The position numbers were made by a program, and so were the translations under genes. 64,000 nucleotides of DNA, from assembly GCF_039654945.1 (NCBI RefSeq), contig NW_027361906.1, positions 2,728,001 to 2,792,000 on the forward strand, in the 5' to 3' direction. Below are positions 39,676 through 52,107 of the stretch, one piece after another. A model generated the notes under the pieces. The model saw only the letters and a list, made by a program, of their open reading frames with translations. It made no database searches and was not told where the DNA came from. This DNA is from Dendrobates tinctorius. Taxonomy: Eukaryota. The stretch's first letter is position 1; the number at the start of each line of letters is the position of its first letter.

Positions 39676-40185
39676 TGGACGGCAGCCGGTGGCAGCGGTG
39701 GTTGCTGGAGCTGCCTGGTCCGCGGACGGCGACAGTGGTGGAGAATCAGGCTTTCTATTTCTCTTTCCCGTGCCAGCAGCTTCAGGTCACTGAAGTCTGC
39801 TGCAGCACCTCCTTCACTCCATCCCTCTAAGGGGATCTTCTCTCACAGACTCACCTTTTCCTAATATTCTCCTGCTCTCTTGTGCAGTCTAAGCTCCACC
39901 CACCTCCCAGCACTTTTCGTGTTCCAAGCAGGGAGCCATGGAGGTTGCTCTGCTACACTACTGTGTGGGATGCGGGTGTTGGAGGCTGGTCAGGTGTTAC
40001 CATCTTACCTGGAGAGTGGGATACTACACCTCAGGAGGAGGTGCAGTACCTCTGTGGTGACTGAACCCTCAGGGGCGCCACACTAACACTACAGTTCCCT
40101 AGAGAAGAAAAAAAAGACGCAGAACTGCAGGTTAAGTAAAGGACTCTTGCTAGCTGGAATGTACTACTGAGCTGGGTTGTGGTAT

Positions 40186-41378
40186 CACACCTGCCTTTTT
40201 GGAAAACACCAGTGATTGTCTTACTGCTGTCTCTAACATCATGTCCTCTCTCCCTCTGAAACTGAACCTGTCAAAAACAGAAATCTTCATGTTTCCTTCC
40301 TCTACTAACCTATGCTCGACATTGCCCTTTCCATGTGTGGTTCCACCATTACTCCCCAGCAACATGCCCGCTGTCTTGGGGTCATACTTGACTCCGAGCT
40401 TTCCTTTGCCCCCACATCCAATCACTGGCTCGCTCTTGTTATCTGCACCTCAAAAACATTTCTAGAATTCGATCCTTTCTTACTTTAGACTCTGCAAAAA
40501 CTCTTACTGTTTCTCTTATTCATTCTCGTCTGGACTATTGTAACTCTCTACTAATCGATCTCCCTCTTACCAAATTCTCCCCTCTCCAATCCATCCTGAA
40601 TCCTGCAGCCAGTATCAGATTCCTAACCAATCCCTATACCTCTACCTTGTGCCAGTCCTTACACTGGCTACCCATCCACTCCAGAATTCAGTATAAACGT
40701 ATTACCCTCACCCACAAAGCACTCCATGGCTCAGCACCACCCTACATCTCCTCCCTCGTCTCAGCCTACCACCCTACCCGTGCCCTCCGTTCTGCTAATG
40801 ACCTGAGGTAAACATCCTCAATAATCAGAAACTCCCACTCCCGTCTCCAAGACTTTTCACGTGCCGTGCCGATTCTTTGGTATGCACTACCCAGGCTAAT
40901 ATGATTAATCCCCAACCCTCACAGTTTTAAGCGTGCCTTAAAAACGCAATTGTTCAGACTGGCCTATCACCTCAACGCATTAACCTAAATATCCCTGTGG
41001 GGCTCATTTCAAAATTTTTTACCATATCCAGGCTCCTCACATCATGTTCTCACATGCTTTTTGCAGTTAATAGCCCTCTGTGTCTGTACTGTTACATATT
41101 TAGACTGTTAACTGGTTCATGCAGCAACAGGAACACCCGATTCTTACACTATGGCTTGTCCAAACAATAAAAGCAATTGTTACCATCCACCTTTCGTGTC
41201 TCCCCTTTTCCCTCATAGATTGTAAGCTTGCGAGTAGGGTCCTCATTCCTCTTGGAATCTGTCTTGATCTATGTGATTGTTATGCTGTAATGTCTTTTGT
41301 CTAGAAGTTCCCTCTATAATGTAAAGTGCTGCAGAATATGTTGGCGCTATAGAAATAAAAATATTATTAGTAGTAGTA
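40186..41378 (+). mobile_element. 5'-truncated L2 LINE
   Basis: Frameshifted ORF2 C-terminus (LKLNLSKTE, LGVILDSELSF, LIHSRLDYCNSLL, SLHWLPI); L2-type 3' end GCTGCAGAATATGTTGGCGCTATAGAAATAAA followed by an (ATT/AGT)n tail. Confidence 0.88.
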
Positions 41379-42319
41379 GAGCAGTGAAAAAAGAGACATA
41401 GTGAAGAGAGAATAAATAGAGGGATTAAAACTGTGTGAGGATAATGTTGCATATTGTGAAAGAATCGATCATCAAGCTCTATGCCCACTCCCGAATATAA
41501 TGCCTTCCCAGCTATTGTTGAGTAAAAAGTTTATTTTTGACTGGTGGTCTCCCTCATTGAACTTTCCAACACCTGGTACTGGCAAAACAGTCATTGGTTA
41601 CATGCGGCCTGCACGGGCATAGTACCCTCACACCAAAAGTTCAGCCAGGACCCCCACCTTCATGTAACGTACCGGAGCTCAAGAGAGGAGTATCTCACCC
41701 ACGACGACAGCCCCGAGCCACGTTATAGCAGAATGACAAGGTACCATGCCAGAGGGGATGTGCAATAATGGACTTGTTCCAAGAACATGAAAGTGAGTTT
41801 TCCTCACTTCCTTTCCCAGCCCCCGTGTCCAGGGGCTCCTTCGCTGTCCCTACCACTAGGGGTACCTTAGCTCACCCTGTTCCCCGAATTACTTCCGATT
41901 GTGAAGATACCACAGCCTTGCCTTAGCTCCTGAGTCAGCACTCAGTCTGTACCATTCCCCCACTCAGGGAAGAGGGGAGTAGTAGTGTACCGTAATACAC
42001 CAAACAGACTAACAAGGTAATACAAACAGGGATAAAAAGGAAAATGCCAATCATACTAGTATACTCGTGAAGAAATCACAGGAACGCGGGATGTTGTCAC
42101 GGACAGGAGGCAGATTAAGAGTTAACAGGTTTATTTAACAATAACTTGCACTCCAACGTAGGGAGTAGTGGGTTGCAGGGTGATGGTAGGAAATGGGTCA
42201 GAATTGGGGGGGGGGAGTTGCAGGGTAGGTGAGGGATGAATAATAGTTCAGAATTAAAGAGGTGAAACTTAGACTGTAGTCCTCAGGTGCGCTGCGTATC
42301 AGGGTTCCAAAGGTGGCAC

Positions 42320-45300
42320 TGGGTCGCCCCCGCAGGCTTCACCCAGGGCAGCGGGGTTACTCGGTACCGGACCAGTGTCGAGGCGGGAACGTGTCACAGC
42401 AGCGGTGACCCGGTCCGTGGCCCTGGGCGCCCAATATCAATGGCGGTGATGTTAAAAGTGTTAGAGTTTATATGAATAGTTCGTGACGCCACCCGTGGTG
42501 TTTGGCAAGTAAGATGGTAAGCCAACGCTGCATACAGATCCGCTGGGACTGATGGTGTGGTGCAGCAGAGATGGTACAGCTCCCCACAGGTGGAGCTGTA
42601 GTCCCAGGGCATTGTAGGTGCAATGGATGAGGAGAGGCGCAGAATGGTATGGAGGCTGGTACCCGGGTGTAGTGGTGCGGGAATAACTGGAGGACACCAG
42701 AGTATGCGGTTCCAAAGCTTTACTCACTGTTTGCAGTTCACCCAACTGCCTGCCTCCATACTGTGTTCTCCAGGTCAGGGCTCCAGCCAACCTCCAGGCA
42801 GGATAGGATTCTCCCTTCCACACTCCGCCAACATGTACCATCCTGAACGACTCCTCTCATGCACCTTTAGGTGCGACGCACTCCAGCACTTAGTTACCCT
42901 GGAATGCCTCACTCTAGGTGTTCCTAGTCTTTACTTGTATGACAGACAGCTATAGCCTGCTCGGGGACTCCTCACTGCGTCCCGGCTCTCTATTCAGTTG
43001 CTGTTGTGCCCCAAGTCTATGATGGGAGCAAGGCGTTAGCAGCTCACTACTCCTCCGGGGTCTGTTGCCGGACATAAAGATCCAATCAACCTCGGGGACC
43101 GGGCCCCGGCCTTTGCGCTCTCTGGACTGGAAGGGTTCTCTCTCTTTCTCAACCTGCTTCCCAACGTCCTTCTATTCTCCTTCGTTCCAATCTGTTCTCT
43201 CTCTCTCTCTTATGGAATCTGTAGTCGTCAGTCTACATCTCTCTCCTTCTCTTCCTTCCCTGAGGAGCTCGTTCCACTAAGACCAGTCCTCAGCCTCTCC
43301 TGACTGACTGCCTTCCTCCGCCTTGAACTCCTCTCAGGCTGACCTGCTGTCAGCCTGCTCTCTCTCTGGGACTCACCCCAGACTGACTTTCTGTCAGACT
43401 GATTTGAAATCCTACACCTTCCCTCTCTTTTATATCTAAATCCACCCGCCTCCCCAGCACCTCTCGTGTTACGAAGCCAGGGACCACAAAAGGCACCCTA
43501 TGAACTTTCGAGCATAAAGCATGGATGGATCCCTGCTGAACTATCCTGTGTGTGGGGTGCAGGTGTGGAGCATGGTCAGGAGTTCCCACCTTACCTGGAT
43601 GGTGGGGCACTACACCTTAGGAGAAGGTGCAGTACCTCTGTGGCGACTGAAGCTTCAGGGGCGCCACATACCCCCCGTTAAACACAGCACGTCTGCGGGC
43701 TGTAAGACAACAAAAGGTACAATACAGGAACACACAACAATTTTAAATACTATTCAACAATGCTTATCTAATCTTCCCAATGTAGGAGGCACATTTCTTA
43801 AACGTTACAAACAGGTTAACTTCCTATCTTAATATCAAAAATTTACTTAAGTTCAATTCCTAGTTCAAAGTGCTATACTCAGCACATTTTCTTTATTACA
43901 TTTTCTATCAATTATTCTCTTTTTCTTTCTTTCTTCTACTGGACGCAAGAAACTGACCATCTACTCTTGGCCCGTCACCTGTCACTTTCAATTCTTCAGT
44001 CTTTATTCAATTCTCACATTATATCTAAAAGCTTTTCTAATTCTCTGTATCAAACATTCTATAAAAGACATTTACTTTTCATAAGACACAACATTATCAA
44101 ATACGTTATCATAAAACATTCAAAATTCTTGTAAGGTGCTGAACACTGCTCCCAGCCGGGATTTCTTGCAGTGTCCCTTAAGGTAGACATCATTCTTCGA
44201 AAAGTGTCCATGCAGAAACATTATCTTCGCAAAGAGTCTTTATATGTAAAACCAAGAGAGAGCACCCAAAGGGGTGCAAACTATTTACAAGAAAGTTCTG
44301 GATCACACAGCGTTCATGATCTCCACAGTTCCATTTGTAGAAAAACAGGCAACAAAAGTGCTACCGGAAAAACATGATAGCAAAAGCAAGGCATAACTGG
44401 TGCAAACAAACCCTCCTGGGTAACGAGAAATTTTGTAAATTATTTTAATTGTGGTCCCCTCCTGGGGTTCTGGAAGCTGAACTGGAACTATCACCTGATG
44501 TAACACTTTGAGTATCTTCATCTTGGGGTAGAGGTGACATACTGGTTGAGGTCGGCTGTTCTGCCACCGAGAAGTCGAGTTCTTCATGGTCCCGCTGATT
44601 TCTTGCCAAACGCATGTACTCCACTTCCCATAGAGAGGGATAGGGATTGGTGGGGCCCAGGGAAAGGGCCATGGAGATTTCTACTGTCTACGGGGATATG
44701 GGTCCCTCCAGTTCCATAGGAAGTTCAGGAGATGGTACCGCAGCCCGAGGCCGCCAGCCAGGAACAACTTGATCATCCTCCCCCATAGGCACTGTAGCCA
44801 GGGGTCGTCGTCGGAGGTCGGTGGGCCCATTCCTATCTGTGGGTTCCGCTCCCAAAACCAGGGTCAGACTGGGGGTAGCGATCATACCTGGCGTTTCCGG
44901 CCGCGGTTCCGGTTCCTGGTGGTGGATGGCAGCAGCCGCAACTCCCGGAGTGACTGGTGAAGTAGGCCGCAGTTGGATCCGTGCCGGCACCAGGCCGATC
45001 TCAGTTGGGGTTGTCGGCGGAGGCCGGTGCCACCGCGCCCGGTCCAGGCGGAGACGCGGTCCCGGTCCTCCATTCTGTTCCAGAGCCCTCATGTATCTCC
45101 TCCGGACGGGGCTCACCCAATGACAATATCGGTTGTGAGGCGGTGGCGGACACAGCTGAGGATGAATCAGCGGTCGCAGCCTCCGCAGGGGTGGCCTAGA
45201 AGTGGGTGACTTCTCCCCCCCCTTGTTCTTCCGTCTTCTTTCATCATGGCGTCCTGGCGTTCTTCTTCTTGCTCCGCCCTTCTGCTCGCCACTGGCTTTC

Positions 45301-46930
45301 TCTGCCCCTCCTTCCGGGGGCGGCGTCTTCTTCTCGCGCCTCCATACCAAGCCAGTATACGAACCCCTCGGGGGGTGGGCCATGCATTAGTCACATAGTA
45401 ATTCAGGCAGGGACGGCCCAAGACTCTTTCGCTGTCTTTTCCTAGGACCTCCCATCTCTTCACACCCTTCTTCTCCGCGCCAGCGGACATTTCTAATGTC
45501 CATTTTACAGTCTATTAAAATTGGTCTTCTGCACATTTTTAAAAGTTGTAAATCCAAGGCACACAGAAACCGATGGCATCGGGTCTCGTCATCCTGTTCG
45601 TGGCGTCAAAATTAGGTTGCCCCCACGGTCTTCACCCAGGGCAGCGGGGTTACTCGGTACTGGGCCGGTGTCGAGGCGGGAACGTGTCACAGCAGCGGTG
45701 ACCCGGTCCGTGGCCCTGGGTGCCCAATATCAATGGCGGTGATGTTAATGGTGTTAAAGTTTATATGAATAGTTCGTGACGCCACCCGTGGTGTTTGGCA
45801 AGTAAGATGGTAAGCCAACGCTGCATACAGATCCGCTGGGACTGATGGTGTGGTGCAGCAGAGATGGTACAGCTCCCCACAGGTGGAGCTGTAGTCCCAG
45901 GGCAGTGTAGGTGCAATGGATGAGGAGAGGCGCAGAATGGTATTGAGGCTGGTTTCCAGGTGTAGTGGTGCGGGAATAACTGGAGGACACCAGAGTATGC
46001 GGTTCCAAAGCTTTACTCACTGTTTGCAGTTCACACAACTGCCTGCCTCCGTACTGTGTTCTCCAGGTCAGGGCTCCAGCCAACCTCCAGGCAGGATAGG
46101 ATTCTCCCTTCCACACTCCGCCAACATGTACCTTCCTGAACGACTCCTGTCATGCGCCTTTAGCTGCGAAGCACTCCAGTACTTAGTTACCCTGGAATGC
46201 CTCTCTCTAGGTGTTCCTAGTCTTTACTTGTAAGACAGACAGCTGTAGCCTGCTTGGGGACTCCTCACTGCGTCCCGGCTCTCTATTCAGTTGCTGTTGT
46301 GTCCCAAGTCTATGATGGGAGCAAGGCTTTAGCGGCTCACTACTCCTCCGGTGTCTGTTGCCGGACATAAAGATCCAATCAACCTCGGGGACCGGGCCCC
46401 AGCCTTTGCGCTCTCTGGACTGGAAGGGTTCTCTCTTTCGCAACCTGTTTCCCACCGTCCTTCTATTCTCCTTCGTTCCGATCTGTTCTCTCTCTCTCTT
46501 ATGGAATCTGTAGTTTTCAGTCAACGTCGCTTTCTCCTTCTCTTCCTTCCCTGAGGAGCTCGTTCCACTAAGACCAGTCCTCCACCTTGAGCTCCTCTCA
46601 GGCTGACCTGCTGTCAGCCTGCTCTCTCTCTGGGACTCTCCCCAAACTGACTTTGTCAGACTGACCTGAAATCCTACACCTTCCCTCTCTTTTATATCTA
46701 ACTCCACCCGCCTCCCCAGCACCTCTGGTGTTACGAAGCCAGGGACCACAAAAGGCACCCTATGACCTTTCCAGCATAAAGCATGGATGGGTCCCTGCTG
46801 AACTATCCTGTGTGTGGGGTGCAGGTGTGGAGCGTGGTCAGGAGTTCCCACCTTACCTGGATGGTGGGGCATTACACCTTAGGAGAAGGTGCAGTACCTC
46901 TGTGGCGACTGAAGCCTCAGGGGCGCCACA
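42320..46930 (-). mobile_element. Non-autonomous (pol-less) LTR retroelement, family B
   Basis: 4-bp TSD GCAC; LTRs 45613-46930 (5') and 42320-43668 (3'); PBS 45591-45608; PPT 43669-43676; 1.9-kb internal region without RT or IN motifs. Confidence 0.9.
45591..45608 (-). promoter_or_regulatory. Primer-binding site, tRNA-Ser(CGA)-like
   Basis: Plus strand ATCCTGTTCGTGGCGTCA vs vertebrate tRNA-Ser(CGA) 3' end ATCCTGTTCGTGACGCCA (16/18; tRNA sequence recalled, not searched). Confidence 0.65.
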
Positions 46931-49023
46931 GCACTGTCAGCAGCGACACCTTGGTGAAGTCTGTAGCAAGCGGGAGTCCCAACGGTGGTACCAACAACAG
47001 CAGTGCGTGACATCTCAAAGTCTCTGGGAGGTGAGTAGATTTCCCGTGCTTACAGGTGCCTAGCACAGTACCGAGTACAGTGTGGGGAACCGCCAGAACG
47101 AGACTTCGATCTGCAGTGTGCGCAAGTCCTTGGTAGTGAGGCCCAGAAGCTCTCAAACTATAACCCCTGGAGAAGTCAGGTCACACGTGTTTGGGCTGCT
47201 ATTGACTAACACAGTCAAGGTGTAACTGATGGCCACGACTACCGGTCCCTTTCAAGCAGCACGTGCGCCGCCCTCACTTTCCTGGAGCATCTGGTACCTG
47301 ACTATATCAGGGTAACCGGGCACACACTGCACGGTTTTTTCTCTTGTCCCCGTTATAGGCAACAGCGGTAGCGGATCTGTGTGGCATAGGTGCTCCCTGG
47401 GCGGAGCACTCCTCTCACTCAATGTTGCAGCACCCGATTTGGCTCTGCTCCACTGGCATGGCTCTGCAGGCGACCGGGGCTCCTTCTACATGGCAAGTCG
47501 CCACACCGGTACCCTCTGGTTGGGGAAGCAGGGCACGTCGCCCTTCACTCCACCAGCGCCAGACTGCCCTGCTTCGCGTGCTCTCTTTATACCTCCGATG
47601 CTGCGCACCCTTTTCAGGCTCTCCTCGCCCTCCTGGGTTCAGAGGTTGGTCCGGTTCGCTCAGGCTGCAGGGGAAGGTCAGTCTTACTAAAGCCTTCCTC
47701 CAGGAACAGAGGATGCAGCCCTTTCAGTTCCAGACTCGGCCTGCAAGTACCCGCAGTCTGGTTTATCTCCTTACACTCACACAAACAGGTTACACAAACA
47801 TGAAAAAAAAAAAAAAGGGGGAAGTTCACAAGGTTTGAATACTTTTACTGTAGAAGTGGTAGGGGCTGGTTGTTCTCCCTGACACTCCAAGAGTTAAATC
47901 CATTTTATGTTTATGAAAGTTATAAAAGGAGGATACCCACTGGGCCTGAAGTTAGTTGAGACAGGGTTAACTGTAATGGCTGCTCCAGTTTGGTAGGGGG
48001 AACTGAGAGTTAGTGGTGAGTCCAGGAAGGGACAAAGCCAGATTGTGTGGAGAGCAGTGCGTGAAGTAGCAGGCCTAATACTCGGGGCAGTGGATTATCG
48101 AAAATACCCTTCTGTGTGATTCCATCTAATGGCCTGGGATAACCATGAGATGGATGTCAGGGGCCTGGGGCAAACTCTGCCTGCAAAGCTACAGGGAAAG
48201 ATGGACTCAGACTACATTGGGTGGAAGGTTTTGCAATCCAAATATACTGCAAGCGGTGGAGAAGACTCCCTAGGGCTAGAGAGAAGTCAGAGGAACATCC
48301 TACCTATACTGAGAACCAGGGTTGTACCCAGTACATGTGGGAAAGATGACAACCCGTTGGGCCTTATCTTCTACATCTTCCTGTAAATACTGCTATTCAC
48401 CAAGTAAAAGCTTGGTTGTATTTATGAACCTTGTTTCTCCTGGATTAATTGCTGCCCTGGTTCCAGAAGGGGGATTCCTGGACTCAGAAGAGGCCTACAG
48501 CCCTAAAGTAGTGTGATGCACCTCACACATAGTACACAGGGACTGGGACACGTGTTGTCTGTAGAATGCCAGAGCGAGTGGGAACCAAAGCTCGCCCACC
48601 TCACTTGGGCATCTTGTATCACAATGGACTGAAAAGCAGAAGACCCTCAATTCCCTTAAACAAGTTTCATTGAATCAGTATTCAGCTTTGGAAAGGAAAC
48701 CAAAAAAATAAGACAATCCTGCTATTTTATGGTGCATATCTCTGTAGAGGATAAACACATCTTGCACATAAAATGGCAGCTTCCATTGGTTTTGCACTGA
48801 ATAAAGCTAATGTATTAACCCCCCCCCCCCCAGGGCACATGTACATAAACAGCAACATCACAGTCTGCAGTACCTTTACTTGTTCCCTCTGATTCTACAG
48901 TTTGTAGCCATCAAGAAAAAGAAAACAAGCTCCTGATTGGATAATTAGACAAATATAGAATTTAATAAGTTTCGTGAATATAGTATCCTGATTGGTTGAA
49001 ACGCTGGTCGGGACATTCAGTGT

Positions 49024-49150
49024 TCAGTCCGTTATCTCGTACACTGGATCTCCAACTCTTATTGCACCCCTCTTCAAAATCTTGTAATATTGCCCAAACA
49101 ATGGAGCCGACTTGAACACTTTTTTGTCCTCCGTGTCACAAAGGCGATAA
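49024..49150 (-). CDS. mtarc1: mARC (MOSC-domain mitochondrial amidoxime-reducing component), last coding exon (exon 7)
   Basis: (S)YRLCDTEDKKVFKSAPLFGQYYKILKRGAIRVGDPVYEITD*; AG acceptor 49151-49152; TGA 49024-49026. MTARC1 vs MTARC2 assignment uncertain. Confidence 0.92.
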
Positions 49151-49812
49151 CTGAAAGAAAATTAAAACATTATGTAATGTCTAAAGGCTTTTAAGACAAA
49201 ATTGAGGATGGGAGAGGTGTAATTAAGAACACAAACTGTCCTGGCTGTCCACCACAACCAAGCAGAATACAAAATTAAAGCAGAGTTTCGATAGGTTGTT
49301 ATAGGATCTCCCACAAGTAATTTTAGATAAAAAGTTTAATTTTTTTGGCAAAATACAAAGAAACAGCCAAATGTTAAAAGTGATGACATTCAGGGTGCTG
49401 TGTTTTATTTCTACCAATAAAAAAAAAAAAAAAAAAAAAAAAAAGTGTATACCTGGCCAAAATTATGTATTTTAGGGCATTCAAACTTCAAAGACTTTTA
49501 TATACTTGCCAATCGTCCTACATTTTCTGAAACTCCTAGGCCAAAAGATATTATGTAAACCCCACCCAAAACTGGTTGTTTAATGGGGGTTCTGGGGTGC
49601 ACAGGAGCATTCCCACAGAGGGGTAGGGGAAAAGGTTGGGAATGGGATTTGTATGACCTTGTGGCCAAGAGTGGATATCTACTGCCATATCGAAAATGGG
49701 GGATTTTCATGCACATGGGGTAGAAGGGAACATTGTTGTGCAAGGAGAAACCATGGGTGACATATGGCCTTTTCTGTTTTAGTTTTTCACAGATAGTCCA
49801 TTGACTTGTGAC

Positions 49813-51230
49813 TAGAGATGGGCGAACCTGAACGGTAAAGTTCGGAGGTCCGTACCGAACACCTACTCTTTGGACACAGACCCCAAACACTGACTTGACC
49901 AGGATGTCCTGGTTACTGTGCAGATTCAGCTCTTCGCACACCAGGTGTTTCTCACTGTCATGTACTTGATCGCGTGGCAAAAACTGCCATTGATCGGTGG
50001 TAAAAATCATTACTGCTGTCCAGAGAGCCACGATTCCCAAGTTGTGATCGTAGTGATCACAGGTATAACGTTTACCTCCGCTCACTGATGTGGCCAATAC
50101 TAGCACGAGCACATGGCATCTGATGGAGTATTCATCAGCCGGCGCCTGCGCTCCAATTAAATAATTTTAAAAAACGGTGCAGGGTCTGCTGTATTATTGA
50201 TGACCAGCCAGGCAACACTGACAGCTGTCAGGTATAGTAAGACTGGTTATCAAGAATATAACTAGAGTGGTCTCCATTTTTTTGTTTTTTTAAATAAATC
50301 ATTTTAAAAACAGCATGAGGTTCCTTCCTTCATTTTTGACAGCCAAGCTAAGGCAGACAGCTGGGGACTGGTATTCTCATTCTGGTAAGGGGCCCAGGAT
50401 ATTGGCCACTGCCAGCATAAAAAATAGATGCGTCAATTCTGGCACTTTGCCCAGCTCTCCTACTTGCCCTATGGTGGTATCAAGTGGGATTCATATTTGT
50501 GGGGCTGATGTCACTGGACAATACAAAGGTGACATCAAGCCCACAGAATAGTAATGGAGAGGTGCCAAGATGCGACCGTCCAGGCTGAGAACGACTGAGG
50601 AATGAGCTGCTGCAAGCTCAGCCTCTGACACCGAGGTTACTGCAGTTCACTGAGGCGGTGTTCCCAGCCAGGCCCCTGAACTATAATATTCTCTGTGAGA
50701 TCACCACTAGCACAGTGAGAAAGTTTCATGATGCAGTGGTGAATTCACTGCAGATCTCCCAGTGAACTCACCGTGCTAATGATATCACCACAGTTCAGGG
50801 ACCTGGCTGGGAATGCAGCTTCAGTGACCTGCGGTAAACTTGATGACATCACTGCTAGTCACTGAGGCGGAGCTTGCAGCAGCTCATTTCTCAGTGGCTC
50901 TCATCTTGGACGGTCGCATCTTGAGAACAGTTTATCGCAGACATGGATTACGGTGTGGGACAAAACAATGGACAGGTGAGGGATTTATTTTTTTTATTTA
51001 TTTAAGGAGACCATGGCTTCAATGGAATGGAAATTCAGTGAGTATAACTGTTTTGTTATTTTTAACTAAAGGTTTTTTTTTTTATTTCAAATAAAAATAC
51101 TTTATTCTGCGTTTCATTTACAATATAATTATAGGATTAGTAATTGATAGGTGTCTTATACTTATATTCTGGTACCCAAATGGAAATATTTAACTGTTCA
51201 GCCCAACATCCAGGGGTTTGCCCATCATTA
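49813..51230. mobile_element. Non-autonomous hAT element in mARC intron 6
   Basis: Perfect 8-bp TSD CTTGTGAC; TIRs TAGAGATGGGCGAAC / GTTTGCCCATCATTA; internal palindrome ~50565-50925. Confidence 0.88.
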
Positions 51231-51857
51231 CTTGTGACTATTGGGCAACACATTTAAACATGGCCGCCTTCTTTCTAGACTGTGATGTGATTGGTTGGCT
51301 GAAATGATTGCTTACTAAATGTCACTGGATGAAAACATCTATTTTGGTCAACTTTAGACTATTGTGTATGGCCAAGGTCCCTTCTAGCTGTCAGATCCCC
51401 ACTGATGATACACCAGCTATTTCTATGGACAAAAAACACATTAGAATTAGGTATAGGCCTCTTTTGTAGGCTTACTATAATGCTGTAGCTGATTATACAT
51501 GCTGTACAATCCGCACATAGCTCGGGTCTTCAGCACAGGCCGCAACTGGTGCAGATCCCAGGATAGAGACTCCCCCCCACTAACGTGAAAAAAGGGAAGG
51601 AACTCTAAAAATAGTTTTGCTTAGGAGCTGTGCAACTAGATTTTTTTTTTATTTAATAAAGACTGTCTCCATGGGAACAGACTACAAACAGTAGTCTGAC
51701 CCTTTAATATTCTCTTCCATCTGGACTGTACTTCTCACAGGTTAGCAAGAAGCCTACACGGCCCATTTGTGGACTATTCCCATGGAGACATTTGCAAAAG
51801 GAGCAGTATACAAAAAATTATTGTAAGGAAATGTCCCCGTTAGCACCAGTTACCAAC

Positions 51858-51929
51858 CTGCGCAGCGTTTTCAGCGGCTCCATCATATTAATAATTCCAG
51901 TATCAGGATCTATAGTGGTCAGGATACAT
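51858..51929 (-). CDS. mtarc1: mARC exon 6 (72 bp; contains the Mo-ligating Cys of RCILTT)
   Basis: (R)CILTTIDPDTGIINMMEPLKTLR(S); AG/GT flanks; phases match neighbouring exons. Confidence 0.93.
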
Positions 51930-52042
51930 CTGTCAGGCAAAAAAAAAAACAAAAAAAAAAAACAAAAAACAAAATATGGAGTCAGCGATCCTATTGATAC
52001 CAGCATTGGCTTACCCAGTGAGGGAACATTGGGGACACTGAC

Positions 52043-52107
52043 CTGAAACACGGGATGACGCGTTTCATAGTCACCCGACTGCCAATCTGTATTTCCTTCC
52101 AGGTGTC
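52043..52107 (-). CDS. mtarc1: mARC exon 5 (65 bp)
   Basis: DTWKEIQIGSRVTMKRVIPCF(R); CAG acceptor, GTCAGT donor. Confidence 0.9.

Larger units (their letters stand above)
34940..40082 (-). mobile_element. Non-autonomous (pol-less) LTR retroelement, family A, with 1952-bp internal tandem duplication
   Basis: 4-bp TSD CTAA; LTR starts TGTGGCGCCCC on minus at 36183, 38135 and 40082; PPT GGAGGGGGTA precedes the first two; full 3' LTR 34940-36183; the other two LTRs are truncated to ~345 bp. Confidence 0.85.

Noticed and set aside
44688-45383. 231-aa ORF as a host gene
   Set aside because: Lies inside an LTR element, is GC-rich and low-complexity, and has no recognisable domain
41820-48530. Older LTR-like fragments around family B (41820-42319, 46931-48530)
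   Set aside because: Look repeat-derived, but termini, TSDs and domains could not be established
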